In this document: in pieces, positions 7,760-16,482 of the stretch | How the letters are laid out: each line of letters starts with the position of its first letter | Numbering within the stretch: the stretch's first letter is position 1 | Virus record (IMG/VR): IMGVR_UViG_2874933748_000006 | DNA length: 18,304 nt | Strand: one strand, 5' to 3' | Source: a virus | Taxonomy: Duplodnaviria > Heunggongvirae > Uroviricota > Caudoviricetes | Notes under the pieces: model-generated | Seen by the model: the letters and a program-made list of their open reading frames with translations, nothing else | Databases searched by the model: none | What the model was told of the DNA's origin: nothing | Position numbers and translations under genes: made by a program

Positions 7760-9151
7760 ATGGACTTACCTTCTTTACCTTCTCTTTCTTCACTCTTTTC
7801 TGCATCTTCAGGTATCAATTGGCGCGATAATCTTTACGACGCTTCATTTCGTGGCGTTCCGTTTTCGGTGGAGAGCGACGAGGGTTCGTTCGGACGCCGC
7901 GTTCAGGTCCATGAATACCCAAACCGTGACAAACCGTACACGGAAGATCTCGGGCGTGCCACGCGACGGCTGACGATTAATGCGTATCTCGTTGGTGATG
8001 ATTACGCAGAGCAGCGCGACAGGCTGATTACAGCGATTGAAACCGCCGGGCCGGGGACGCTGATCCATCCGCAGTTCGGTGAAATGCAGGGCTGTATTGA
8101 CGGGCAGGTGACCGTTTCTCACTCCGGCACTGAAGGCCGTATGTGCCGGGTTTCATTTCAGTTTGTTGAGAGCGGGGAACTGTCATTTCCGGTCGCCGGA
8201 GCTGCAACCGCCAGAAAACTGGAGGAGTCGTCCGTATTCCTGGATGAGTTGATTGAAGACATGTTCGGCGATTTTGATCTCGCGGGAATACCGGACTTTA
8301 TTCAGAACGATGTTATTGCCCGGACGACCGATATGCTGGGAACCGTTCAGACAGCTTTCAAAATGGTTAATTCGGCTGTTTCTGCCGGAGCGAGACTACT
8401 GCAGGGCGATTTATCCGTCATTCTGATGCCGCCGTCGGTTGCCAGTGATTTTGTGCATACGTTGCAGGATACCTGGCGGGCCGGAACCCGGCTGGTGGAT
8501 AACACACAGGATCTGGTGCAGTCCATAACGACAATGTCCGGCATTACGCTGGACCCAGGACTGGCACCGCGTGCGGTGTGGCCCACAGATTCCGCATCGG
8601 TTATCAGGCAAAAACAGCAGACAAACCTTGTGGCTGCTGTCATCCGGACGACGGCAATCAGCGAAGCCACAAGGGCGGTCACTTCACTGCCACAACCCGG
8701 AAGCCTGGTGAAAAATCAGCAGGCGGTTGTGGCTGTTGGTGGTTCCACTGAACGTCAGTCCGATATTATTCACGTTTCTCATCCGGCACTTGACAGCGTG
8801 GCAGCCAGCACAGGACAGGATGAGAGAGCGCAACCACCCACGCGGGAAAATCTCACCATCATACGCAAATCGCTGAACGCGGCGATTGAACAGGAGCTCA
8901 GGCGTACGGCGGATGACAGGCTGTTTTTTCAGCTGACGTCATTACGTACAGAACTGAACCGGGATATTCAGGCGCGTCTGGTTCAGACGGAGGAAACCGC
9001 AGAGCGAACGCCAGCGGAAGTTCTGCCTGCGCTTGTTCTGGCTGCGTCATGGTACGACGATGCGTCCCGTGAAACTGATATCCTGGATCGAAATGCCATC
9101 TCTCATCCGGGCTTTGTTCCGGTCAGGGCATTAAGGGTACCCGTCAGATGA
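7760..9151 (+). CDS. Phage DNA circulation protein (Mu gpN-like)
   Basis: ATG at 7760 preceded by GGAG. The N-terminal region (FRGVPFSVESDEGSFGRRVQVHEYPNRDKPYTEDLGRATRRLTINAYLVGDDY) matches the DNA circularisation protein family. Position after the tape measure fits. Confidence 0.8.
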   Translation: MDLPSLPSLSSLFSASSGINWRDNLYDASFRGVPFSVESDEGSFGRRVQVHEYPNRDKPYTEDLGRATRRLTINAYLVGDDYAEQRDRLITAIETAGPGTLIHPQFGEMQGCIDGQVTVSHSGTEGRMCRVSFQFVESGELSFPVAGAATARKLEESSVFLDELIEDMFGDFDLAGIPDFIQNDVIARTTDMLGTVQTAFKMVNSAVSAGARLLQGDLSVILMPPSVASDFVHTLQDTWRAGTRLVDNTQDLVQSITTMSGITLDPGLAPRAVWPTDSASVIRQKQQTNLVAAVIRTTAISEATRAVTSLPQPGSLVKNQQAVVAVGGSTERQSDIIHVSHPALDSVAASTGQDERAQPPTRENLTIIRKSLNAAIEQELRRTADDRLFFQLTSLRTELNRDIQARLVQTEETAERTPAEVLPALVLAASWYDDASRETDILDRNAISHPGFVPVRALRVPVR

Positions 9152-10236
9152 ATGATACCGTTTTACTTCGGGTTTCCGGTCGCGAATGGGGCGGCTGGAC
9201 ATCCGTCCGTATCAGTGCGGGCATTAACCGTATTGCCCGGGATTTTAATGTTGCCATTACCACCCGCTGGCCCGGAAGCCGGGATTATCAACCCCGGATA
9301 AAAAATGGTGAGCTGGTTGAAGTGCTTATCGGGGATGAGCCTGTGCTCACCGGATATGTGGAGGCACTACCGCTTCGTTATGACGCCAGCAGCGTCAGCA
9401 TGGGAATTGTCGGGCGAAGCAAAACAGCCGATCTGGTTGACTGCTCTGCTTTGCCACTCCAGCAGAGCGGAAAAAACCTGCTCAGAATAGTCAGTGAACT
9501 GGCTGCGCCATTTGGCATCACCGTTGTTGATGCTGGCGTGCCGCAGACAGCGGTGATTGATGCCCAGCCGGAACACGGCGAAACCGTTGCCGATTGTCTT
9601 AACCGGTTACTGGGGCAGGTTCAGACGCTGGCTTATGACGATGAATGCGGGCGACTGGTTCTGGGAAAACCCGGAACAGGTAAAGCGGCGACGGCGCTGG
9701 TGCTGGTGCTGGTGCTGGGAGAGAATATTCTTTCCTGTGACACGGAAAGAAGCATCAGAGAGCGGTTTTCTGAATATCAGGTCAGTGGGCAGCGCCCGGG
9801 CAACGACGATGATTTTGGTGAGGCCACCATTGCCGCAATACGTCAGACCATTCAGGACAGTGGCGTGACCCGTTATCGCCCTTTGTTGATTCAGCAGTCA
9901 GGCACAGCAACGACAGCAACCTGTAAGGCCCGTTGTGAATTTGAAGCGCGCCAACGGGCTGCGCTTACCCGTGAGACAACATATACGGTTCAGGGCTGGC
10001 GGCAGGGCAGTGGCGCGTTATGGCGTCCGGGGTTATCTGTCATCGTTTTCGACCCGCTGAATAATTTTGATAATGATGAACTGGTGATCGCAGAAGTTAC
10101 CTATAACCAGGACGACCGGGGCACGACGACTGAATTACGGGTTGGCCCGGCAGATGCTTATCTCCCCGAGCCTGTTACCGCCAGGAAGAAAAAAATGTTG
10201 AGGAGGATTTCTGATGAACGGGTTTTCTCTTCGTAA
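9148..10236 (+). CDS. Mu gpP-like tail/baseplate hub protein
   Basis: A 362-aa ORF whose start overlaps the previous stop (ATGA), in the gene-P position between the N-like gene and the baseplate V-like gene. Confidence 0.7.
   Translation: MNDTVLLRVSGREWGGWTSVRISAGINRIARDFNVAITTRWPGSRDYQPRIKNGELVEVLIGDEPVLTGYVEALPLRYDASSVSMGIVGRSKTADLVDCSALPLQQSGKNLLRIVSELAAPFGITVVDAGVPQTAVIDAQPEHGETVADCLNRLLGQVQTLAYDDECGRLVLGKPGTGKAATALVLVLVLGENILSCDTERSIRERFSEYQVSGQRPGNDDDFGEATIAAIRQTIQDSGVTRYRPLLIQQSGTATTATCKARCEFEARQRAALTRETTYTVQGWRQGSGALWRPGLSVIVFDPLNNFDNDELVIAEVTYNQDDRGTTTELRVGPADAYLPEPVTARKKKMLRRISDERVFSS
9696..9718. repeat. In-frame hexanucleotide tandem repeat (GCTGGT)x3 plus GCTGG inside the gpP-like gene
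   Basis: Direct reading of gctggtgctggtgctggtgctgg. It encodes the LVLVLVL stretch in ATALVLVLVLGENIL. Confidence 0.9.
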
Positions 10237-10747
10237 TCTGATTTCCCGGGCTGTCATCACGGCGGTGGATTCCGCCAGAAAGTGTCAGTCTGTAGGGTTG
10301 AAAATGATAGCCGGAGATCAGAAACAACACGTTGAGCACCTTGAACCTTATGGTTTTACATCTGCCGCACAGAACGGTGCTGAGGGCGTTGCTTTATTTC
10401 CGGCGGGCGATCGTTCTCATGGTGTGGTTGTGGTCGTGGCTGACAGACGTTACCGGCTGAAAGGACTGAAACGTGGGGAAGTGGCGCTTTATGACGATCT
10501 GGGACAGTCCGTTGTCCTGACCCGTTCCGGTATTGTGGTGGACGGGGCCGGGAAGGCCATAATTTTTAAAAACGCGCCTAAAGCGCGCTTTGAAATGCCA
10601 GTCGAATCCACCGCCGATATTACTGACAATTGCGACAGTGGCGGACTCAGCATGCAGCAAATGCGGCAGGCCTACAATGCCCACAAACATACCGAAAATG
10701 GTGATGGTGGCGGGATCACTGACACGCCGGATCAACCGATGGGCTGA
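10214..10747 (+). CDS. Phage baseplate assembly protein V (Mu gp45-like)
   Basis: ATG at 10214 preceded by GAGGAGG. The motifs AVITAVDSA, VEHLEPYGFTS and ALFPAGDRSHGVVVVVADRRYRL are characteristic of the baseplate V / gp45 family. Confidence 0.8.
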   Translation: MNGFSLRNLISRAVITAVDSARKCQSVGLKMIAGDQKQHVEHLEPYGFTSAAQNGAEGVALFPAGDRSHGVVVVVADRRYRLKGLKRGEVALYDDLGQSVVLTRSGIVVDGAGKAIIFKNAPKARFEMPVESTADITDNCDSGGLSMQQMRQAYNAHKHTENGDGGGITDTPDQPMG

Positions 10748-10752
10748 AAATC

Positions 10753-11163
10753 ATGATGATTAATGTTAACGGGCGACCCGTGTCGACCGGGGCTTCGATC
10801 GACCTTCTGACGCGTGCTGTGATTATTTCGCTTTTTACATGGCGGCGTGCCGGGCGTGATGATGCACCACGGATATTTGGATGGTGGGGGGATACCTGGC
10901 CTGCGGTTCAGAATGATCGCACGGGGTCGCGTTTGTATCTGTTGCGACGCAGCAAGCTGACAAATAAAACCCCGCAGCTTGCCAGAGATTATGTCCGTGA
11001 GGCGCTGGCGTGGATGGTGGAGGATGGTGTTGCTTCCCGTCTTGATATTAACGCTGTCCGGACCGGGACAGACTCGCTGGCACTTGCCATTACCATTTAC
11101 CAGCGTGACGGCAATATTCACAACATTATTTTTGATGATATCTGGAGTGAACTGAATGGCTGA
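10753..11163 (+). CDS. Mu gp46-like baseplate protein
   Basis: A 136-aa ORF with the GWWGD and SRLYLL motifs typical of the phage GP46 family, in the expected position between V and J. Confidence 0.75.
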   Translation: MMINVNGRPVSTGASIDLLTRAVIISLFTWRRAGRDDAPRIFGWWGDTWPAVQNDRTGSRLYLLRRSKLTNKTPQLARDYVREALAWMVEDGVASRLDINAVRTGTDSLALAITIYQRDGNIHNIIFDDIWSELNG

Positions 11164-11740
11164 CAGTCAGTTTTATCGCCCCGGCCTCCCGCAACTTATT
11201 TCTATGATCCGGAGCGATTTATTAACCCGCTTTGAGCAGGATACGCTGCTTCGTCGTATGGATGCGGAAGTGTATGCCCGTGTACAGGCTGCAGCCGTAC
11301 ACACGTTGTACGGGTATATCGATTATCTTGCCAGAAATCTGTTACCGGACGTGTGTGATGAAGACTGGCTGTACCGGCACGCCAGAATCAAACGCTGCCC
11401 GCGAAAAGAAGCGGTGGCAGCCCGGGGATTTGTGCGCTGGGATGGCGTAGAGGGGACGCCGGTATTGCCAGCGGGAACGCAGATCCAGCGTGATAATCAG
11501 GTGACCTTTACCACGACGGCGACGGTGACCGCAGCCGATGGTCTTCTCCGGGTGCCTGTTGTGGCAGACGAACCGGGATCGGCGGGGAATACGGATGATG
11601 GTATTGCCATGCAACTGGGAACACCCGTCAGTGGTCTGCCGTCCACAGGGTACGCTGACACCATTACAGACGGTGAAGATATTGAAAATCTGGAAATATG
11701 GCGTGCCCGCGTTATGGAACGTTATTACTACATTCCACAG

Positions 11741-11749
11741 GGGGGCGCA
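11741..11749. repeat. IS1 target-site duplication (GGGGGCGCA), left copy
   Basis: A 9-bp direct repeat identical to 12518-12526, flanking IS1 copy 2. Confidence 0.9.
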
Positions 11750-11764
11750 GGTAATGACTCCAAC

Positions 11765-12268
11765 TTATTGATAGTGTTTTATGTTCAGATAATGCCCGAT
11801 GACTTTGTCATGCAGCTCCACCGATTTTGAGAACGACAGCGACTTCCGTCCCAGCCGTGCCAGGTGCTGCCTCAGATTCAGGTTATGCCGCTCAATTCGC
11901 TGCGTATATCGCTTGCTGATTACGTGCAGCTTTCCCTTCAGGCGGGATTCATACAGCGGCCAGCCATCCGTCATCCATATCACCACGTCAAAGGGTGACA
12001 GCAGGCTCATAAGACGCCCCAGCGTCGCCATAGTGCGTTCACCGAATACGTGCGCAACAACCGTCTTCCGGAGACTGTCATACGCGTAAAACAGCCAGCG
12101 CTGGCGCGATTTAGCCCCGACATAGCCCCACTGTTCGTCCATTTCCGCGCAGACGATGACGTCACTGCCCGGCTGTATGCGCGAGGTTACCGACTGCGGC
12201 CTGAGTTTTTTAAGTGACGTAAAATCGTGTTGAGGCCAACGCCCATAATGCGTGCAGTTGCCCGGCAT
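11765..12268 (-). CDS. insB: IS1 InsB frame (expressed as InsAB' by -1 frameshift at 12205-12211)
   Basis: An intact 167-aa ORF in the -1 frame relative to insA, overlapping its 3' end, as in canonical IS1. Confidence 0.9.
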
Positions 12269-12462
12269 CCAACGCCATTCATGGCCATATCAATGATTTT
12301 CTGGTGCGTACCGGGTTGAGAAGCGGTGTAAGTGAACTGCAGTTGCCATGTTTTACGGCAGTGAGAGCAGAGATAGCGCTGATGTCCGGCAGTGCTTTTG
12401 CCGTTACGCACCACCCCGTCAGTAGCTGAACAGGAGGGACAGCTGATAGAAACAGAAGCCAC
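12187..12462 (-). CDS. insA: IS1 InsA
   Basis: A 91-aa ORF identical in translation to insA of copy 1. Confidence 0.95.
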
Positions 12463-12517
12463 TGGAGCACCTCAAAAACACCATCATACACTAAATCAGT
12501 AAGTTGGCAGCATCACC

Positions 12518-12526
12518 GGGGGCGCA
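12518..12526. repeat. IS1 target-site duplication (GGGGGCGCA), right copy
   Basis: Identical to 11741-11749. Confidence 0.9.
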
Positions 12527-13014
12527 GACCCTGATTATGTTATCTGGGCGAAAGAAGTTCAGGGTATTAACCGTGCATGGACTTTCAGACACTGGAAAGG
12601 CACTGGAACGGTTGGCGTGATGGTGGCGACAAACGATCCGGAACGCCCGGCCCCGGATGAAAGCGTGATTAACGCAGTCAGGGACCACATCCTTCCTCTG
12701 GCACCTGTTGCCGGAAGCGGATTGTATGTATTCGGTGCCACAGAAAAAGTCATCCCGATGACGATTGCATTATCGAAAGACACACCGCAGATCAGGACTG
12801 CAATAAAAGCAGAGCTGAATGCACTGATGTTACGGGATGGTGTGCCAGAGGGGCGTATGTATCTGTCCAGAATCAGTGAGGCCATCAGTTTGTCTGCTGG
12901 TGAAGTGGCCCACCGGTTAATCGTCCCTTCATCGGATATTGACCTGGGGGAGACCGAGCTTCCGGTGCTCGGCGAGATCACCTGGCAGGCTTATGACCCG
13001 GCAAGGAGTAAATA

Positions 13015-13605
13015 ATGGATTCGTTACAGGATGATTATACAAAGCTGCTGTACGGACTGATGCCGCCGGGGCCTGCATGGTCAGATACCGACGGTGTACT
13101 TGACGGTCTGGCACCATCGCTTGTGCGTGTTCACCAGCGGGCTGATGAACTGGTGATTGAAATCGATCCCGGTCAGTCCACAGAGCTGATTGAACGTTAT
13201 GAAGAATTGTATGGTTTACCTGATTCCTGTTCCCCTGTCGGAACCCAGACATTACGCCAGCGTCAGCAACGTCTTGAAGCAAAAGCCAATGTGGCTGGTG
13301 GCATAAATGAGCAGTTCTTCCTGGATCAGCTTGAGGCGCTGGGATATACCGGCGTAACGATCGAACAGTTCCAGCACTTGGATGCAAGCCCCGATCCGGA
13401 ATGGGGAGATCGCTGGCGTTATTTCTGGCGTGTGACGTTGCCGATGGATGCCGGTGCTCAGTGGCAGACATGCACGGACGCCTGCAACACACCGATCCGG
13501 ACGTGGGGGGATACGGTTGCGGAGTGCGTGATTAATAAATTATGTCCGTCACACACCGTCGTTTTATTTTCCTATCCAGATGAGGATGAAGATGCACAGG
13601 ATTGA
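13015..13605 (+). CDS. Mu gp48-like tail protein (DUF2313 / P2 gpI-like)
   Basis: A 196-aa ORF whose start overlaps the J stop (TAATG). The N-terminal LLYGLMPPGPAW motif and position after J fit the gp48 family. Confidence 0.7.
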   Translation: MDSLQDDYTKLLYGLMPPGPAWSDTDGVLDGLAPSLVRVHQRADELVIEIDPGQSTELIERYEELYGLPDSCSPVGTQTLRQRQQRLEAKANVAGGINEQFFLDQLEALGYTGVTIEQFQHLDASPDPEWGDRWRYFWRVTLPMDAGAQWQTCTDACNTPIRTWGDTVAECVINKLCPSHTVVLFSYPDEDEDAQD

Positions 13606-14632
13606 TACGCTGACTGCGGTAAAAGATAAGTTTGGTCCGGGTAAGAACGGATTTACTGACGGAAATCTTCGCACAGGACGTCTTGCTACCTGGCTGAACA
13701 GTGCCATGTGGAATGCCATTCAGGAGGAAATCTGTGGTGTCATTGAGAAGGCCGGGATAGAACTGAATAAAGAAGAACACGACCAGCTATATAAGGCTAT
13801 ATTATTGCTGGTGGGCGGTGCAATTAACGAAGAGGCATTGCTGATAAAAAATAACCTTTCGGATGTGGAAGACAGGGATGAGGCTGTTGAAAACCTCGGA
13901 TTAAAACCCACGGTGGATAAGGCAAAAAATGCCGTTCAGCGTGATGGCGACACCATGACCGGAGAGCTGAAAATCCGTGGTGTTAATGCGCTGAGGATTT
14001 TCAACGAAGCTTTTGGCCTGATTTTTCGTCGTTCGGAAGAGTGCCTGCACCTTATTCCCACCAGTGAAGGTCAGGGGGAAAATGGCGATATTGGTCCCCT
14101 GCGCCCGTTCACCATTAATCTGCGGACGGGTGAAATATCCATGTCGCATAAAGTGTCTGTTGGCGGTGGTTCGCAGGTCAATGGTGCGCTGGGTATCGGC
14201 GTTCAGAACGCCCTGGGGGGGAATTCAATTGTTCTTGGTGATAATGACACCGGATTCAAACAGAATGGTGATGGCCTGCTGGATGTTTATGCCAATAGCG
14301 TGCATGTGTTGCGTTTTCAGAGTGGCAGTATCCAGAGTAATAAAGCTGTAAACGTTACAGGACGGGTAACACCGTCAGACTACGGAAACTTTGATGCCCG
14401 TTACCAGCAGCGAAATGGTGGCGTGCAGGATGTGCGGTATGGTTATGAAATGTATTACACCCCCGGCAGTAACACCGTTTCGTGGACATTTCGCTCACCT
14501 TCGGGACACGGGCTGTCAGGGATATCGATATCGGATACCGGCCGTAACTCAGCGGATAACGTCAACGGCGTGTATTACCGACCGCTGCAAAAACTGATTA
14601 ATGGCACCTGGTATAACGTAGCGAGTATTTAA
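13592..14632 (+). CDS. Tail fibre protein with a P2 gpH-like C-terminal domain
   Basis: The motifs AVQRDGDTMTGEL, NALGGNSIVLGDNDTGFKQNGDGLLDVYANS and the C-terminal YRPLQKLINGTWYNVASI resemble the C-terminal part of P2 H-type tail fibres as I recall them. Start chosen at ATG 13592 (GAGGA upstream); in-frame ATGs also exist at 13580 and 13586. Confidence 0.75.
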   Translation: MHRIDTLTAVKDKFGPGKNGFTDGNLRTGRLATWLNSAMWNAIQEEICGVIEKAGIELNKEEHDQLYKAILLLVGGAINEEALLIKNNLSDVEDRDEAVENLGLKPTVDKAKNAVQRDGDTMTGELKIRGVNALRIFNEAFGLIFRRSEECLHLIPTSEGQGENGDIGPLRPFTINLRTGEISMSHKVSVGGGSQVNGALGIGVQNALGGNSIVLGDNDTGFKQNGDGLLDVYANSVHVLRFQSGSIQSNKAVNVTGRVTPSDYGNFDARYQQRNGGVQDVRYGYEMYYTPGSNTVSWTFRSPSGHGLSGISISDTGRNSADNVNGVYYRPLQKLINGTWYNVASI

Positions 14633-14634
14633 CA

Positions 14635-15180
14635 ATGTTGCATTTAAAAAATATTACGGCAGGTAATCCGAAAACCGCGGAATAATATCAGCTGACAAAA
14701 CAGTATGATGTCACCTGGCTTTTTTCGGAAGACGGCAAAAACTGGTATGAAGAACAGAAGAACTTTGCCAGTGACACCATAAAAATGGTTTACACCGGAG
14801 ACGGGCGCGTGGTGTGGGTCGGTAAGGATGTGACAGGCATTGAACCCCGTAACGCCAGTGTTATTGAAGTTCCTGATATTACCGCCAACCGCCGCATTAC
14901 CGCGCCGGGTTACTGGTTTTACCGCAATGATGAATTTGTCTTTGACTACAGACTCAAAGCGGAAGATGAGCGTGATGCCCTTCTGGCTCAGGTCAGTGCC
15001 CGGACAGGGGAATGGGAAGAAGACCTGCTGCTGGGGCTAATCAGCGACGAAGACCGGGAAAAACTGAAAGCGTACCGTATTTACGCGAAATCGCTGCAGG
15101 CGATGGATTTCAGCACCATCACTGATAAATCCTCATATAACGCCATTGAATGGTCCGTCTCTCCGGAAGGTTCTTCCTGA
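14635..15180 (+). pseudogene. Tail fibre assembly protein (Tfa) with an in-frame premature TAA at 14683-14685
   Basis: ATG at 14635 gives MLHLKNITAGNPKTAE, then TAA, then the frame continues YQLTKQYDVTWLFSEDGKNWYEEQ... to a C-terminus with the Tfa signature (KAYRIYAKSLQAMDFS...IEWSVSPE). The first in-frame ATG after the stop is at 14785. Confidence 0.7.
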
Positions 15181-15203
15181 TTTAATTTATCGCGAGAAAA
15201 ACT

Positions 15204-16472
15204 ATGTCTGTAGTGATATCAGGTGCGCTGACTGATGGCGCAGGCATCCCCATGTCCGGATGCCAGATTATTCTGAAATCCCGTGTAAACACCTCAGAAG
15301 TGGTGATGCGTACCAGGGCTGATGTAGTGACCGGAAATAACGGTGAATATTCGTTTGAGGCACAGGTCGGAAAATATTGCGTGTATCTGAAACGGGACTG
15401 GCGCGACGAGTACTGTGTTGGCGACATTGCTGTATACGACGACTCAAAGCCCGGCACGCTGAATGACTTTCTGATTGCTCCTGATGAGGGCGACCTGAAA
15501 CCGGATGTCGTCAAACGCTTTGAGGAAATGGTGGCGCAGGCGCAGCAGAGCGCCGGGGCCGCAGCCGGAAACGCACAGCAGACGGCGCAGGATGTGGCGG
15601 CAGCCGCAGGTTATGCCCGCGCAGCAGAGCAGGCCAAAAATGACATTGATGCTGCGCTGACCGGCACTCTGAAAACGGCTAACCATCTGTCTGAAATCGC
15701 AGCAGCAGGCGAAAAGGCACAACAGAAGTCCCGGGATAATCTGGGGCTGAAAAGTGCGGCCACGATGGAAGCACAGAGCGACATTTACGACCGGACAAAA
15801 GGCCGTCTGGCGATACCCGGCGCATTCGGCTTTGGGTGTGCTTTTCTGCCTGAAGATGTTATCCGTTTTGACACTAAGAGTGATTTCCTGGCCTGGGTAA
15901 GGAATGCGCTGCCAGGTGAATATTCCGTTGCTGGCCCCTACGACATCATCATACCCGACACACGGTTTGAAGGGGTGCTCAGCATCCGGTGGACTGATGC
16001 ACGCCCTGAGACAACAGAACCGAGGTACAGAGCCAAATCCCTTACTTTTTACGGCATTAACGGCCCCATTTATCACACCCGCTACTGCTACTGGCCCATA
16101 TCCAGACTGACTGGCTGGGTGAAAATAAATATAACCACAGAAGATATTATTTACAGAATCGTGGCGAGCTCTGTCTGCAACAGATGGGGAGACCCTGACA
16201 TTGGCGGGCTGATTATTGCTGCGTACCAGGGAGAAGCTGACGGTGATAAAGTCATCAGACTTGTCAGGGGGCAGTCATACAGAGGCTCACGACTGGGACC
16301 GGTGGGGATTTCAGTGCCCAGTACTCCCACCGGAACGTATATAGCATCCCCACAATTTTTCATTACGGGATGTTCAGAGCATTCATTACCGGGGTCATAT
16401 AGCGCCCTGTCCGGGGTGCCGGATGCTCATGTCTCTGGCGCAATGCCCGGGCTTTTTATTCGCACATCGTGA
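15204..16472 (+). CDS. Side tail fibre protein with a lambda Stf-like N-terminal domain
   Basis: The N-terminus (MSVVISGALTDGAGIPMSGCQIILKSRVNTSEVV...VYDDSKPGTLNDFL) closely matches the lambda Stf / prophage tail-fibre N-terminal domain as I recall it, followed by an Ala/Gln-rich segment and a distinct C-terminal domain. Confidence 0.75.
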   Translation: MSVVISGALTDGAGIPMSGCQIILKSRVNTSEVVMRTRADVVTGNNGEYSFEAQVGKYCVYLKRDWRDEYCVGDIAVYDDSKPGTLNDFLIAPDEGDLKPDVVKRFEEMVAQAQQSAGAAAGNAQQTAQDVAAAAGYARAAEQAKNDIDAALTGTLKTANHLSEIAAAGEKAQQKSRDNLGLKSAATMEAQSDIYDRTKGRLAIPGAFGFGCAFLPEDVIRFDTKSDFLAWVRNALPGEYSVAGPYDIIIPDTRFEGVLSIRWTDARPETTEPRYRAKSLTFYGINGPIYHTRYCYWPISRLTGWVKINITTEDIIYRIVASSVCNRWGDPDIGGLIIAAYQGEADGDKVIRLVRGQSYRGSRLGPVGISVPSTPTGTYIASPQFFITGCSEHSLPGSYSALSGVPDAHVSGAMPGLFIRTS

Positions 16473-16482
16473 GGAATGCACC

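Larger units (their letters stand above)
11750..12517 (-). mobile_element. IS1 copy 2 (768 bp, apparently intact)
   Basis: The same terminal repeats as copy 1 in reverse orientation. InsA is identical and the InsB frame is uninterrupted (167-aa ORF). The A_AAA_AAC heptamer is on the - strand at 12205-12211. Confidence 0.95.
11156..13015 (+). pseudogene. Baseplate J-like protein (Mu gp47-like), interrupted by IS1
   Basis: The N-terminal part (11156-11749) and C-terminal part (12527-13015) are in the same frame once IS1 and one 9-bp duplication are removed, giving about 360 aa with the junction ...YYYIPQGGA / DPDYVIWAKEV... Confidence 0.8.

Noticed and set aside
7749-7973. 74-aa ORF in an alternative frame at the start of the DNA-circulation gene
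   Set aside because: It overlaps a well-supported gene in the same direction and has no ribosome-binding site. The GGAG is correctly spaced for the ATG at 7760 instead.
9557-9868. 103-aa ORF containing RRRRWCWCWCWE
   Set aside because: It is an alternative-frame reading of the GCTGGT repeat inside the gpP-like gene.
10189-10195. A7 run as a programmed frameshift site at the end of the gpP-like gene
   Set aside because: The next gene has its own start codon and strong ribosome-binding site, and the A run is not in a productive register. This is ordinary overlap of coupled genes.
6565-12517. IS1-flanked composite transposon
   Set aside because: Each IS1 copy has its own matching 9-bp duplication, so the copies are independent insertions into pre-existing phage DNA, not the ends of a unit that transposed together.
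12929-13492. 187-aa ORF on the - strand
   Set aside because: Antisense to the gp48-like gene and the 3' end of baseplate J, with no independent support.
15444-16076. 210-aa ORF on the - strand
   Set aside because: Antisense to the Stf-like fibre gene. Its Cys/Arg-rich composition is what a GC-rich sense gene gives when read in reverse.
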